DNA of 64,000 nucleotides, taken from the sequence record OR167180, one strand, 5' to 3'. The position numbers and the translations under genes were made by a program. This document shows positions 25,442 to 36,042 of this stretch, piece after piece. Numbering within the stretch: the stretch's first letter is position 1; every line of letters begins with the position of its first letter. This DNA comes from Escherichia phage MIZ4. The notes under the pieces were generated by a model. That model was given only the letters and a program-made list of their open reading frames with translations, had not been told where the DNA came from and did no database searches.

Positions 25442-28400
25442 ATGGCAGATTTTTCTCAACATTTCAAGGCCACATTTGGCTTTGACGCTGGTAATGAAAA
25501 GGTCGTCAATGTAGCATACGCAGATAAAAACACATCAACGGATGCGGTCAACGTTGAATTTTTCAATTACCATAATGGTATTACTCAGTATGACACAACT
25601 CGCGGTTATGATCAATACGGCACTACAATCTATCAAAACCGTCCGTATTATGCAAAAGAAGATATCGCAAAACCAGCAGGTGACTTTGACCCGACTAAAT
25701 GGCAAGCACTGCGCACGGACCCACGTTGGGATTATGTTGCAGCAACTTCCGGCGATACTCCTTTAAAGTCCGGTGATTATATCGCAGCGGACTGTCAGTT
25801 TGCAAACTTGACATTCTCAATGCCTACTAATCCTGTAGAGGGCGACACTATAACAGTAAAAGATATCGGTGGCAAGTGCGGTGTTAATGAGTTATCGTTC
25901 CTTTCGGTTGGTCATGAGTTCTATCATAATGGTGTGGTAAACAACCGCAAATGGTACTGTACTACCCCTTATGCAATGAACTACTTCATTTTTGTTCGCA
26001 ATCGCTGGCACGTTTACCAGACGGGAACGGAGCCACGCGGGGTATATGCACAACCATCTATCGACCCGATCCAGATGCAAAACGGTGATCAGGTATTCCG
26101 CCGTAGTTCTTTGGGTAACATTGTTTTGATGCTTCCTAAGTTTGCTAATAACGGTGATATGATCCAGACTACCGATCTTGACGGATTGACTGCAACCAAC
26201 CATGTTACGGTAAAAGTGCATGAAGGTGCGCAAGAACAATCGATCGGTACTTTCGGGGTAAAAGAAATTGTTGGTAAGCGTAGCGGTCATGGTGTATTCA
26301 TATTTGACAAACCGGAAAACTTATGGCGTTTGTGGGATGGTGATCAGTCTGTTCGCTTGAATCCTATCATTAGTGATACTCAATTATCCCCTAATAGCTA
26401 TGTTGCAGTATTTGGTGATCGTGATGTTACCTTGACTTTACCGACCAATGTCGAGCCGGGTGATCGCATTCAAGTTTCTATGCAGTATATGCACGGAAAC
26501 CAGACTTGCCGAATCATTACCTCAGAAGAGGATACAAAAATCCTTATGCAGAAAAACATGGTTCAGTTTCCTAAGCGTAGCGAGTACCCATTCAATGGGA
26601 CCGATACATGGATGGGAGTGTCTGAATTGTCTTTCAACGCTGCAAATGATTATGTACCTTATCTGGAGTTCTCTTATTCAGAAGGTGATGATGGTAAGAA
26701 ATACTGGTTGGTGGCACATGCTTACCCGATTGTAGAACGAGTAGATCCGACTCGTAAAGATCGTGTTGGTGTAATTGCACTGGCTACCCAGGATGAAACA
26801 AACAAAAACCATGAAGATAATCCTAGCGACGAAGTTGCGGTGACTCCAAAGGTTCTGGCTAATAAAACAGCCAACGAAACTCGACGCGGTATTGCTCGCA
26901 TTGCAACTCAAGCGGAAACGCATCAAGATACTGGTTCCAACTTCCTGGATGATGTTATCGTTACGCCTAAAAAGTTAAATGACTGTGTTGCTACCGAAGC
27001 CCGTCGTGGTGTGATGGAAATTGCAACCCAGCGCGAAACCAATGAAGGTTTAGACGATACCCGCGCTATTACTCCTAAGAAATTAGAAGAACGTCGCGCT
27101 TCCGAAGACCTCGCTGGTATTGCTGAAATTGTTCAGGTCGGCGGTAGTGCTGCCGCTCGACGTGGCGAAGCTGGTACAGGGATCTATAACATCAATGACC
27201 ATGCTAAAATTGTTACGCCAAAAAACATCAACGAAGTCAAGGCGACCGAAACTTCCCGTGGTGTTGGCTATCTGGCAACTGACGCGGAAGTGCAAGGGGC
27301 TACAGAATCAACCCCGCAAGATGCTTTACTAATCACGACTCGCACGCTAACGAAACGTACTGCTACCGAATCGCGCACTGGTATCGCTGAAATTGCAACT
27401 CAGGAAGAAACAAACTTAGGTCAAAGTGATAACCATATCATCACGCCCAAAAAGCTGCATACTCGCCGCGCAACGGAAACTTTACACGGTTTAGCAGAAA
27501 TTGCAACTCAGCCGGAATTTGACTCAGGTCTTGACGATGCTCGCATTTCTACCCCATTGAAGATTAAAACCTTCTTTGAGAATGCACAGCGTTTGAAAGT
27601 AGATCCGACTCAGGGGCTTAACCTTACTGGTGATTTGTGGCAAGGTATCATGATCCGCGGTCTGGACGCAACCGAAGACACAAAAGGTGTCGCTAAAGTT
27701 GCTACTACTCAGCTTACTGACGCTGGTCAAGATGATACTACAATCATCACGCCTAAAAAGCTGCAAGGCAAAAAGGCAACCGAAGGTAAAGAAGGTATTA
27801 TCCGAGTTGGTACTCAAGCCGAAACCGTGGCTGGTGCACTGGCTAATGTAGCAATTTCTCCGAAGAACTTCAAATATGTTGTTCAGACAGAGGATACATG
27901 GAAAGCAACCGAAGCGCGTCGTGGATTCTTGAAAGTTGCTACTCAGGAAAACTGTTTTGTTGGTGATAATCTGCAAGGTTCTACTCAAGAACTAGGAAAC
28001 TACCAGCATGACGGAATTGCTGTTACCCCGAAAGGATTAAACTATGCACTTGCTAATTTCTTACCTAAGATGGCAACCGCTCAGAATAGTTTGAAATTGG
28101 GTAACGTAGAGGCCGCTAAATGGGCGCGTAGAGACATTGACCAGACCATAGAGAGCAATTACACGTTTAATAAAAACGTTAACGTGAAGGGCGATTTGGG
28201 GTGCTTAAAATCTGGTTCCTTTGAAACTCTGTTTGTGACTAAGAACTCTACTGATGTTCCGAGTAATGGTCATTTGGTGTTGGGTGAGCGTGGAGTTGAC
28301 GGTCACACCGGAATTACTCTACATGGCACAACCGCATCGGAAGGCATGAAAAACTCGTGGTCTATTATCGTTGGTGGTACTGGAACAGCGCAAGTTGTTG

Positions 28401-29182
28401 ATAGTGATGCTATCGCTTTCGGTCAAATCAATGATGGTGGAGTCGTCGAGCATTACGCCTTTGCTATGGAACACAATGGCGACGCGACAGCATATAGAGA
28501 CTTTATTGCAGGTCGTAACCTGTATGCGAAACAAGGCGGTTTATACATTGTTGACCAGTCTAATCCGGCAATGACTCGTTCCCCAGATGGTATGCTGAAT
28601 ATCGGTCACGGTGGAAGTGTTAACATCAAGGCAGGTAATCAAACGTTAACTACAGAGATCGCCGGACAGAAATATCAGATCGTACACGCAGGAAACGCTG
28701 ACGAAGTTCTTAACCGTCAGTTTGTTAAGAATGCTGGCGATACAATGGTCGGTAAGCTGACTATGGATAATGCGCCTATTGTTTCTGTTAAGCATGAAGC
28801 TAGCGCGGCAACCGCTCCGGCAATCGGTAACATCGGTTTCTGGAATATGCGAGTTACTACCCAGAACATCAAAGAAACTTATCCAGAGAAGAAAAACGGT
28901 ACTCTGATGCAATGGGGTACTGACGCGGACGGGCTTACCCAGCTTTGGTCCCCTGATGGTACTCATAAACATTATATCCGTTCCGGTACTGGTGGTCAAT
29001 GGACCGCATGGGGTGAAATTTACACCAAACAGAATAAGCCTACCGCTCAGGAAATCGGGGCAGTAGTTGCAGAAGGTGGTTTAATGAACTCTATGACGGT
29101 TCGTGATTGGATCAAAGTTGGTAATGTTAAAATCATCGCCAATAATCTGACTCGTACCGTAGACTTTATCTGGGAAGACTAA
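25442..29182 (+). CDS. 34: long tail fibre proximal subunit
   Basis: ORF track; 1246 aa, internal TPKKL...ATE..RG(I/V)AEIATQ repeats; position after rnh. Confidence 0.88.
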   Translation: MADFSQHFKATFGFDAGNEKVVNVAYADKNTSTDAVNVEFFNYHNGITQYDTTRGYDQYGTTIYQNRPYYAKEDIAKPAGDFDPTKWQALRTDPRWDYVAATSGDTPLKSGDYIAADCQFANLTFSMPTNPVEGDTITVKDIGGKCGVNELSFLSVGHEFYHNGVVNNRKWYCTTPYAMNYFIFVRNRWHVYQTGTEPRGVYAQPSIDPIQMQNGDQVFRRSSLGNIVLMLPKFANNGDMIQTTDLDGLTATNHVTVKVHEGAQEQSIGTFGVKEIVGKRSGHGVFIFDKPENLWRLWDGDQSVRLNPIISDTQLSPNSYVAVFGDRDVTLTLPTNVEPGDRIQVSMQYMHGNQTCRIITSEEDTKILMQKNMVQFPKRSEYPFNGTDTWMGVSELSFNAANDYVPYLEFSYSEGDDGKKYWLVAHAYPIVERVDPTRKDRVGVIALATQDETNKNHEDNPSDEVAVTPKVLANKTANETRRGIARIATQAETHQDTGSNFLDDVIVTPKKLNDCVATEARRGVMEIATQRETNEGLDDTRAITPKKLEERRASEDLAGIAEIVQVGGSAAARRGEAGTGIYNINDHAKIVTPKNINEVKATETSRGVGYLATDAEVQGATESTPQDALLITTRTLTKRTATESRTGIAEIATQEETNLGQSDNHIITPKKLHTRRATETLHGLAEIATQPEFDSGLDDARISTPLKIKTFFENAQRLKVDPTQGLNLTGDLWQGIMIRGLDATEDTKGVAKVATTQLTDAGQDDTTIITPKKLQGKKATEGKEGIIRVGTQAETVAGALANVAISPKNFKYVVQTEDTWKATEARRGFLKVATQENCFVGDNLQGSTQELGNYQHDGIAVTPKGLNYALANFLPKMATAQNSLKLGNVEAAKWARRDIDQTIESNYTFNKNVNVKGDLGCLKSGSFETLFVTKNSTDVPSNGHLVLGERGVDGHTGITLHGTTASEGMKNSWSIIVGGTGTAQVVDSDAIAFGQINDGGVVEHYAFAMEHNGDATAYRDFIAGRNLYAKQGGLYIVDQSNPAMTRSPDGMLNIGHGGSVNIKAGNQTLTTEIAGQKYQIVHAGNADEVLNRQFVKNAGDTMVGKLTMDNAPIVSVKHEASAATAPAIGNIGFWNMRVTTQNIKETYPEKKNGTLMQWGTDADGLTQLWSPDGTHKHYIRSGTGGQWTAWGEIYTKQNKPTAQEIGAVVAEGGLMNSMTVRDWIKVGNVKIIANNLTRTVDFIWED
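26830..28050 (+). repeat. tandem degenerate ~40-aa repeats inside gene 34
   Basis: about 10 iterations of (I/V)TPKKL-x-ATE-x-RG-x-(A/V)-(E/K)-(I/V)-AT-Q-(E/A)-ET read from the translation. Confidence 0.6.
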
Positions 29183-29187
29183 TTAAA

Positions 29188-29203
29188 GGGGGGCGAAAGC
29201 CCC
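29188..29203 (+). promoter_or_regulatory. hairpin GGGGGC-GAAA-GCCCCC between genes 34 and 35
   Basis: read directly; identical to minus-strand hairpin at 17303..17318. Confidence 0.4.
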
Positions 29204-29216
29204 CTATGGGGTTATT

Positions 29217-30356
29217 ATGACACAAGAGATAGAATTACGCAACACTGGAATTAGGTTTGCGCATTTCGACGAAGACTCTGCGACATTTACCAGCATTTCA
29301 GAAAACAACTCTGTGATGTATAAGCTGGAAGTGCGCGGATCTAATGCGGATTCTTCCAAACCAGCAAGGATTAGATTTAATGGAGTGGAGATCGTCGGGA
29401 CTGGCTATGAGACTGGTCTAAACTTTAAAGTTTTTACTCCAACTGGACAATTGCACGAAGAAAAGGTATTCTATGGTCGTGGTGCTGTTTTGGCAATGCG
29501 TGATTATCTTTCTTTATTGAATGGTGATTATATCATTGCGATAGCAACGCATGGAGAATTGTTTGCAGACCCGGTAAGTGATGATATATTTTCTAAGCTG
29601 GGATCTGTATCATTCCCGAATCACATTTTGTTACAGCAAATGCCTCGTGTGTCCTATGCTGCAATTTATTCTACTAAAATGGGTAAAATTGTGTGCGAAG
29701 GGATGCAAGCAACGCACGGGGAAGGACAAGATTCGTCTATACAAATTGAGAAAGTTTATGATACTATAGACGATCTTGCAATAACAGGAACACCACAACG
29801 ATTTTTAGATTATCCGGTTGAATATGTTAGCGAAGATGCCGAACATTTCGAGCTAATACAATGGCCTCATGATGAGATCAGCGCACCACTTGAATATTTT
29901 AACATAAAGGCAGGTGACAAACTATCAATATCCTTTGAATTGTTCCGTGATAGTGCCGCAGCCGAAGCCAACGTAACAGCGCGTTTCTATCACAACTACT
30001 TCACTGATGGACAATATCAAACTGGCGTTCGTTATAATGCCAGCCAGAAAGATCAATGGGAAAAGTTTGAAGCCGTCTATACCGTACCGGAAGGAGTTGA
30101 TAGTGTTACCACTGGTTGTATCAGATATCCAACCAACTCCAATGAAGGTGTTGTTAAGGTTAGAAACATACTAATAACGCCGATCAGTGGAGTCGTCAAA
30201 ACTACTGGTCCTACTTCCTTTGGTGTTAACGGTGTTAGAACAACTCACATTCAGGATAACGGTGATTTTACTAACCCTGTAATGAGTCTTCTTAAATTAC
30301 CTAGAGACAATAAACATATCACATCCAACAACTTTAAAGAGTTCGATGTTGATTAA
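29217..30356 (+). CDS. 35: long tail fibre hinge protein (synteny-based)
   Basis: ORF track; 379 aa; position. Confidence 0.6.
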   Translation: MTQEIELRNTGIRFAHFDEDSATFTSISENNSVMYKLEVRGSNADSSKPARIRFNGVEIVGTGYETGLNFKVFTPTGQLHEEKVFYGRGAVLAMRDYLSLLNGDYIIAIATHGELFADPVSDDIFSKLGSVSFPNHILLQQMPRVSYAAIYSTKMGKIVCEGMQATHGEGQDSSIQIEKVYDTIDDLAITGTPQRFLDYPVEYVSEDAEHFELIQWPHDEISAPLEYFNIKAGDKLSISFELFRDSAAAEANVTARFYHNYFTDGQYQTGVRYNASQKDQWEKFEAVYTVPEGVDSVTTGCIRYPTNSNEGVVKVRNILITPISGVVKTTGPTSFGVNGVRTTHIQDNGDFTNPVMSLLKLPRDNKHITSNNFKEFDVD

Positions 30357-30367
30357 CATTTTTAACA

Positions 30368-30405
30368 AGCCGATCCTCGTGGTCGGCTTTATTTTTATAC
30401 AGTTG
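30368..30405 (+). terminator. rho-independent terminator: hairpin aagccgatc/ggtcggctt plus TATTTTTAT
   Basis: read directly. Confidence 0.55.
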
Positions 30406-30517
30406 GTTAAAACATAACCAAAACGAAGAAAGATCTTTAGAATAATAGAAAATTTGTTTCGGTTAAAAAGTAGTCAGTGCCTACGGCACGTCGCAAAGCG
30501 ATATTTTGTTAACATTC

Positions 30518-30525
30518 TATAAATA
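30518..30525 (+). promoter_or_regulatory. T4-type late promoter TATAAATA upstream of gene 36
   Basis: exact TATAAATA 34 nt upstream of the ATG. Confidence 0.65.
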
Positions 30526-30558
30526 CTCGGAACTATAACTAATTTTTGAGGTTACTTT

Positions 30559-32049
30559 ATGGCAGATTTGAAACATGGATCTACTGTAGGCGGATCTCCC
30601 ATTTGGACGCAAGGAAACTTGACGATCCAGCCAGCGGGTGATCAGCTTTTCTACAAAGGTCATAAAATCTATACCGCTTTTGATAAACCTTCGGCTGCCG
30701 ATTTTGATGCTGTTAGTGCATCCGAAGGCGGGACATTTCAGAAACTGGTCCATTTTGAAGAAGGTTTAAGCGTAGGTAGCGCATCCGGTGGAGAAACCAA
30801 AAAGAACGGGATCTTTAAAGGAAATAGTGATGCGGCTAACTTTGATGGTGTAAGTTGGGGTTTGCATTCGTGGAAATCTATTGGTTTTGTTAATGCTCGT
30901 GATGATGTTATCATGGCTTATATTGACACTACCACAGGTGATTTTAAAACTAAAGGGACCATCGAAGGGACAACCATTAAAGACACTGGTCAACGCGTCT
31001 ATAGCCCTGTTAATAAGCCGACAAACAATGATTTGGATTTGGTTTCCAGACAAGGCGATACAATCACCGGAACTTATAATTTAAACACGGTTAATTTTAA
31101 ATTGTCGGTTGATTCTAAGCTGGTTGCGAGGGATCGGGATTTTATTACTTTCGATGCTGAAAACATTTATTATGGAAACGTTCTTGATACTTTAGTATTT
31201 CGTAGCAAGAACGAGCCTAAAATTTTTGTTAACGGTAGTGAAGGTAATTTTTATCATACCAACAACAAGCCTACTAAAGCCGACGTAGGATTGGGTAATG
31301 TCACCAATGACGCGCAAGTTAAGCGTGCTGGTGACATTATGGAAGGTAATTTGCAAGCGCCCAAAATGCTTGTGACAACCGATCCATCTGGACCTAATGA
31401 TCTGGTTAGATTGAGCTACTTTGAGAAAAAAGCAATGGTAGCTAGTCCAACTATCATTGGAAATGTTGATTGGAATACCCTTATTAATCGCGGTATGTTC
31501 AGTGTGGAGAATGCCGAAGCCGGACAAAATAAACCATCTGATAGCTATTATAACGGTGTTTTGATGGTATATCGACCGGAAGATGCGGTTGGTACTGTTC
31601 GAGTTGTTCAGGTCTATTACCCTGAATCAATTAATCATCCTGTTTGCTGGCGTTCTTGTTCCGGTAACTCGTGGACCGCATGGAACTATGTAGATCACCG
31701 TAAATTGGCTGATGCTCGCTATGTTAATGTGACTGGCGATACCATGACTGGGGCGTTGACGGTTCCTGCTGCGAACGGCGTTCATACCACAGAAGCTAAC
31801 TATAATGGTGATAATTGCTACGCTGGACTTAATAGCTTAAATGGTACAGCAATGATTCATCGTGTTAGTGATATTAAAGCGCACGAGAAACTAGGAATCA
31901 CACATGATTCTAAAATTATTTTCGTTAAATCCCGTGACAATACTCAAGATACAGACACTTTCGAAATATACCACGAAGGACATAAACCAACTCCTGATGA
32001 GGTTGGCGCGGTTCCGCTCAATGCGGTAATTGATTTTGGTACTTTCTAA
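30559..32049 (+). CDS. 36: long tail fibre protein (gp36 position; 496 aa)
   Basis: ORF track; position between 35 and 37. Confidence 0.55.
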   Translation: MADLKHGSTVGGSPIWTQGNLTIQPAGDQLFYKGHKIYTAFDKPSAADFDAVSASEGGTFQKLVHFEEGLSVGSASGGETKKNGIFKGNSDAANFDGVSWGLHSWKSIGFVNARDDVIMAYIDTTTGDFKTKGTIEGTTIKDTGQRVYSPVNKPTNNDLDLVSRQGDTITGTYNLNTVNFKLSVDSKLVARDRDFITFDAENIYYGNVLDTLVFRSKNEPKIFVNGSEGNFYHTNNKPTKADVGLGNVTNDAQVKRAGDIMEGNLQAPKMLVTTDPSGPNDLVRLSYFEKKAMVASPTIIGNVDWNTLINRGMFSVENAEAGQNKPSDSYYNGVLMVYRPEDAVGTVRVVQVYYPESINHPVCWRSCSGNSWTAWNYVDHRKLADARYVNVTGDTMTGALTVPAANGVHTTEANYNGDNCYAGLNSLNGTAMIHRVSDIKAHEKLGITHDSKIIFVKSRDNTQDTDTFEIYHEGHKPTPDEVGAVPLNAVIDFGTF

Positions 32050-32054
32050 TATTA

Positions 32055-32078
32055 GCGGGGATTCTCCCCGCTTTTCTA
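32055..32078 (+). terminator. hairpin gcgggga-ttc-tccccgc plus TTTT
   Basis: read directly. Confidence 0.5.
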
Positions 32079-32117
32079 AATAATATTATTCTAATAACCG
32101 TTTAAGGATTTTATAAA

Positions 32118-34886
32118 ATGGCAGATTTAAACAGAATCCAGTTTAAACGCACTAGCGCAGCCGGACGTAAACCGGATGCTGGTACGATGAATCCGGGAGA
32201 GTTGGCAATTAACTTAGCAGACCAATATCTGCTTACAAAAAATGATGGTGGGCAAATTGTTAATTTAAGTTGCCCACCAGTTTATGACAAGAGCGTTAAT
32301 GTAAAAGGTCGTGTGGTTGCAGATGACCTTATGTGGAGTAATACCGCAAACTATTTCGATGACCCAACCGCACGAAATCTTGATAAATTTGGGGCATTTC
32401 GTACTAATGATATGGATGGTCATCTAGCACTTGCTTTGCATATTCCCCATCCTAGCGGTATAAATCATGCTCGTGGGTTTGATTTTACTTATGGTTCTAA
32501 CGTTGTTCCTACTGTAAAAACCTATGGTTATAACGCTGATGGTGTATTGGCATATTCATATCGCATGTATCACGAAGGTGATAAGCCTAGTCCGTCAGAA
32601 TTAAATGTGTACAGCAAACAAGAAGTAGATCGGATGTTCCAGAAGACACTTGATTTTGGAATTGAGTCCGGTTGGTTTAAAATCGCTACAGTATATCTAC
32701 CACAACAATATGGGCGTAGTGCTAAAATTAGATTGGTTGGTGGTAATGGTTATAATGTAGGACAGACCGGGCAAGCTAATATTATTGAATTGGTTCTGCG
32801 TAGCGGGAATGGAAATCCGGTTGGTGTTGTGTTTAACGCTTATATGACCATCTGGTATATAGACCAGAAGTTTTGTGCTATTCCTACTGGTGGTGACTCT
32901 TATGATATATACGGTAGCTATTCCGGTCATAGTGGATTTGTGTTGGCTGAATACCAGACTAGCCCTGATGTTAACCTGACTTTATATGATAAACCACAAT
33001 TTATAGGAAGTCAATTACCGGAAGCTGAAACAAAGTTCGATGCTTATACAATCACTTCATTTAGTAATTATCGCAACCGCGGGACATTAAATTTTGGTGC
33101 TAATTCTCAAGGCCAATATGACATTGAGCATTTGAACGAACAACCGACAAATGCTAAAAAGATGTTGCGTCGCTTCCGTAGTTGTGCTCCTGCCACTATC
33201 TGGCATGAGACAGTTGATGATAACTCATATCGTCTTGCTACTGGATACGAAGATACAAATCAGGAATTATTGCTTTCGGCTGTAACCGGGTTACATGTCA
33301 AGAGATTAACATTGGATGGCGGTGTTGGTAATGCCGGTATTGACATTCGTCGAGGACCAAACGAAGCAAGCCATTTTAATTTCATGGACTATCGCACTGG
33401 ACAAGATGTTCGTAATGGCTGGTTTGGCTTCGGTGATGGTCAGACCAAAGATTTTATTTGGTGGAACGATAACGGTCAAAACTCGATAAACCTGATTGAA
33501 GATGGTGAATTGCATATTACTGGAGGTAAAGGGCAGAAAATTGTAATGAATAGCGAAGTTGCATTATCCGAAAATGCTCGTTTGGCTGTCAAAGGCGGTA
33601 ACTATGGTTTGATTTTACGCAATGATGGTTCTGGTTTCCATATTCTTACTACCAACTTAAAAGATTCTTTTGGTAGTTGGAATAATCGCAGACCATTCAG
33701 TTATGATTTTGCGGACGGTGGATTATATTTAGGTGGTACTGAAACCGCTCGTTGTTTGCATCTTGGAATTGATGGTAGCACTCGTCTTGAAGACAACCTG
33801 TTCTTTAAAGCTGGTTCTCGTCAATCTATGGACTATATGGAACTCGTCCATTGGGGGGCAAGCAATACAGGTCGAAATAACGTTTTAAGTCTTCGTGACT
33901 CAAAAGGATTTTTAGCAGAATTTGAACGATTGGGTGATAATACCATTAAAAACACCTTCTTCGGGAAACTGAAAGTTAATCGTGGTTCTGACGCTATTAC
34001 CATTAATGCCGAAACGGGAGATTCGTCGGTATATTTGTTGGGTACGTGTGCCGATAATAACAACTGGTATATCGGTAAAGGTGGTGCGGATAATGGATTA
34101 GCGTTCTATAGTTATGCTACTAATGCTGCTGTAAACATTACAAACGGAGGGGATATCGCACTAAGTCCAAAAGGCATCGAAATGACTCATGTCAATAACG
34201 TTCGATTCTATGTTCATGGTGAACGTTGGACTGCTAGCCAATCTGGAGGTTGGAACGACCAATGGGGATTAGAAGCGCCGATATTTGTTGACCACGGCTA
34301 TGTTGGACCAGACAGTTATTATCCGATTATCAAAGGAAGAAGTTTAATCACCAATCAAGGATATACAACTGCCGTTGATCTTGGTATTCGTCGTGTCCCT
34401 AACAATTGGGGGCAAGCAATTATTCGTGTTGGATCTGCGGAGGCATCGCCAGCGGCTGGTCACCCTCAAGCTGTATTCGAGTTCCATCATGATGGTACTT
34501 TCTATTCTCCTGGTAATGGTAACTTTAACGATGTTTATATTCGTTCTGATGATCGTCTTAAGATTAATAAAGAAGAGTTAGAATATGGAGCACTTGAAAA
34601 AGTATGCCGTCTGAAAGTTTATACTTACGATAAAGTTAAGTCTATTAAAGACCGTAGTGTTATTAAACGTGAAGCTGGTATTATTGCTCAGGATCTTGAA
34701 AAAGAACTACCGGAAGCTGTATCTAAAGTTGAAGTTGATGGATCTGATGTTCTGACAATTTCTAACTCGGCAGTGAATGCTCTTTTAATTAAGGCTATTC
34801 AGGAAATGAGTGAAGAAATTAAAGAATTGAAAACTCCTTTCTTTACTAAAATTGCTCGCAAAATTAGTAAATATTTTAAATTCTAA
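32118..34886 (+). CDS. 37: long tail fibre distal subunit with C-terminal intramolecular-chaperone-like domain
   Basis: ORF track; C-terminal RSDDRLK ... GIIAQDLEKELPEAV resembles self-cleaving chaperone domains of fibre/spike proteins. Confidence 0.75.
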   Translation: MADLNRIQFKRTSAAGRKPDAGTMNPGELAINLADQYLLTKNDGGQIVNLSCPPVYDKSVNVKGRVVADDLMWSNTANYFDDPTARNLDKFGAFRTNDMDGHLALALHIPHPSGINHARGFDFTYGSNVVPTVKTYGYNADGVLAYSYRMYHEGDKPSPSELNVYSKQEVDRMFQKTLDFGIESGWFKIATVYLPQQYGRSAKIRLVGGNGYNVGQTGQANIIELVLRSGNGNPVGVVFNAYMTIWYIDQKFCAIPTGGDSYDIYGSYSGHSGFVLAEYQTSPDVNLTLYDKPQFIGSQLPEAETKFDAYTITSFSNYRNRGTLNFGANSQGQYDIEHLNEQPTNAKKMLRRFRSCAPATIWHETVDDNSYRLATGYEDTNQELLLSAVTGLHVKRLTLDGGVGNAGIDIRRGPNEASHFNFMDYRTGQDVRNGWFGFGDGQTKDFIWWNDNGQNSINLIEDGELHITGGKGQKIVMNSEVALSENARLAVKGGNYGLILRNDGSGFHILTTNLKDSFGSWNNRRPFSYDFADGGLYLGGTETARCLHLGIDGSTRLEDNLFFKAGSRQSMDYMELVHWGASNTGRNNVLSLRDSKGFLAEFERLGDNTIKNTFFGKLKVNRGSDAITINAETGDSSVYLLGTCADNNNWYIGKGGADNGLAFYSYATNAAVNITNGGDIALSPKGIEMTHVNNVRFYVHGERWTASQSGGWNDQWGLEAPIFVDHGYVGPDSYYPIIKGRSLITNQGYTTAVDLGIRRVPNNWGQAIIRVGSAEASPAAGHPQAVFEFHHDGTFYSPGNGNFNDVYIRSDDRLKINKEELEYGALEKVCRLKVYTYDKVKSIKDRSVIKREAGIIAQDLEKELPEAVSKVEVDGSDVLTISNSAVNALLIKAIQEMSEEIKELKTPFFTKIARKISKYFKF

Positions 34887-34894
34887 CAACAAGG

Positions 34895-34912
34895 GGGCAA
34901 CGCCCCCTTTGG
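34895..34912 (+). promoter_or_regulatory. hairpin GGGGGC-AACG-CCCCC between 37 and 38
   Basis: read directly. Confidence 0.35.
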
Positions 34913-34922
34913 AGTATAAATT

Positions 34923-35705
34923 ATGGCAGTAGTTGGTGTTCCTGGTTGGATTGGAAGTTCAGCCGCAAATGAAACAGGGCAACGATGGATGAGTCAAGCG
35001 GCTGGTCAACTAAGATTGGGTGTTCCTTGCTGGATGAGTCAATTTTCAGGTCGCTCGCGAGAAATTATTCATACACTTGGTGCAGACCATAACTTCAATG
35101 GTCAGTGGTTCCGTGATAGATGCTTTGAGGCAGGTAGTACACCTATAGTGTTTAATATTACAGGTGATTTAGTATCATATTCTAAAGATGTTCCTTTATT
35201 CTTCATGTACGGGGATACACCAAATGAATATGTTCAGTTGAATATACATGGCGTAACGATGTATGGTCGTGGCGGGAATGGCGGTAGCAATGGTCCTGGA
35301 TCAGCCGGGGGGCATTGTATTCAAAATGATATTGGTGGGAGGCTAAGAATTAATAATGGCGGTGCTATCGCTGGCGGCGGTGGCGGTGGCGGTGGCGGGT
35401 ATTATTCTCCTTTTTCACAAATGAGATTAACCTTTGGCGGTGGCGGTGGGCGTCCGTTTGGTGCGCCCGGCGGATCTATTGATATGCAATCAGGCGCAAC
35501 TGCTGGTACTCTTTATGCGCCCGGATCGGGGTCCGTGAACGGTATCTATAATGGCGGAAGCGGTGGTGAGGTAGGCGCCGCAGGAGGTAGATGTAATATT
35601 CGTGGTCAAGGATCTGAATATAATGGCGGCGATTCTGGATATGCTGTTATAGGGTCTTCTCCAACGTGGCAAAATCGCGGAGCTATTTACGGACCGGCTG
35701 TTTAG
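34923..35705 (+). CDS. 38: tail fibre adhesin, T2-type gp38 with glycine-rich motifs
   Basis: ORF track; several poly-Gly motifs ([26 protein letters not shown]) separated by variable segments. Confidence 0.8.
   Translation: MAVVGVPGWIGSSAANETGQRWMSQAAGQLRLGVPCWMSQFSGRSREIIHTLGADHNFNGQWFRDRCFEAGSTPIVFNITGDLVSYSKDVPLFFMYGDTPNEYVQLNIHGVTMYGRGGNGGSNGPGSAGGHCIQNDIGGRLRINNGGAIAGGGGGGGGGYYSPFSQMRLTFGGGGGRPFGAPGGSIDMQSGATAGTLYAPGSGSVNGIYNGGSGGEVGAAGGRCNIRGQGSEYNGGDSGYAVIGSSPTWQNRGAIYGPAV
35374..35459 (+). repeat. GGC/GGT trinucleotide tracts encoding poly-Gly in gene 38
   Basis: ggcggcggtggcggtggcggtggcggg and ggcggtggcggtggg read directly. Confidence 0.7.
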
Positions 35706-35769
35706 ATGTAATTATAAAAAGAATTAAGGAAAACTCCCACGGAAGGGGAACTACTAAGGAGAAACGGCT

Positions 35770-36009
35770 ATGGTCTATAATATCGTCATTGGTGCTTTGT
35801 CTAATTTCGGAATGAAACTATTGTCAAAGTTAATTAGTGAAAAGATGCTCACTAAAATTTTCTTCTATTGCGCTCGTCGTCTTGCGGCTTATACCAATAC
35901 GCCAATTGATGATCGTTTTGTGGAAGAACTTTATAAGGAGTTTAATAAAGATCAGTCAGAAGATAGTAACGAGCAAGATAAACCTAGTGATAGTCAAGTA
36001 CCTAAATAA
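35770..36009 (+). CDS. hypothetical small protein between adhesin and holin
   Basis: ORF track; strong AAGGAG RBS; hydrophobic N-terminal half, acidic C-terminus. Confidence 0.5.
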   Translation: MVYNIVIGALSNFGMKLLSKLISEKMLTKIFFYCARRLAAYTNTPIDDRFVEELYKEFNKDQSEDSNEQDKPSDSQVPK

Positions 36010-36042
36010 GAGTACACTGTCATAGTTATCTTAGGGCATTAT

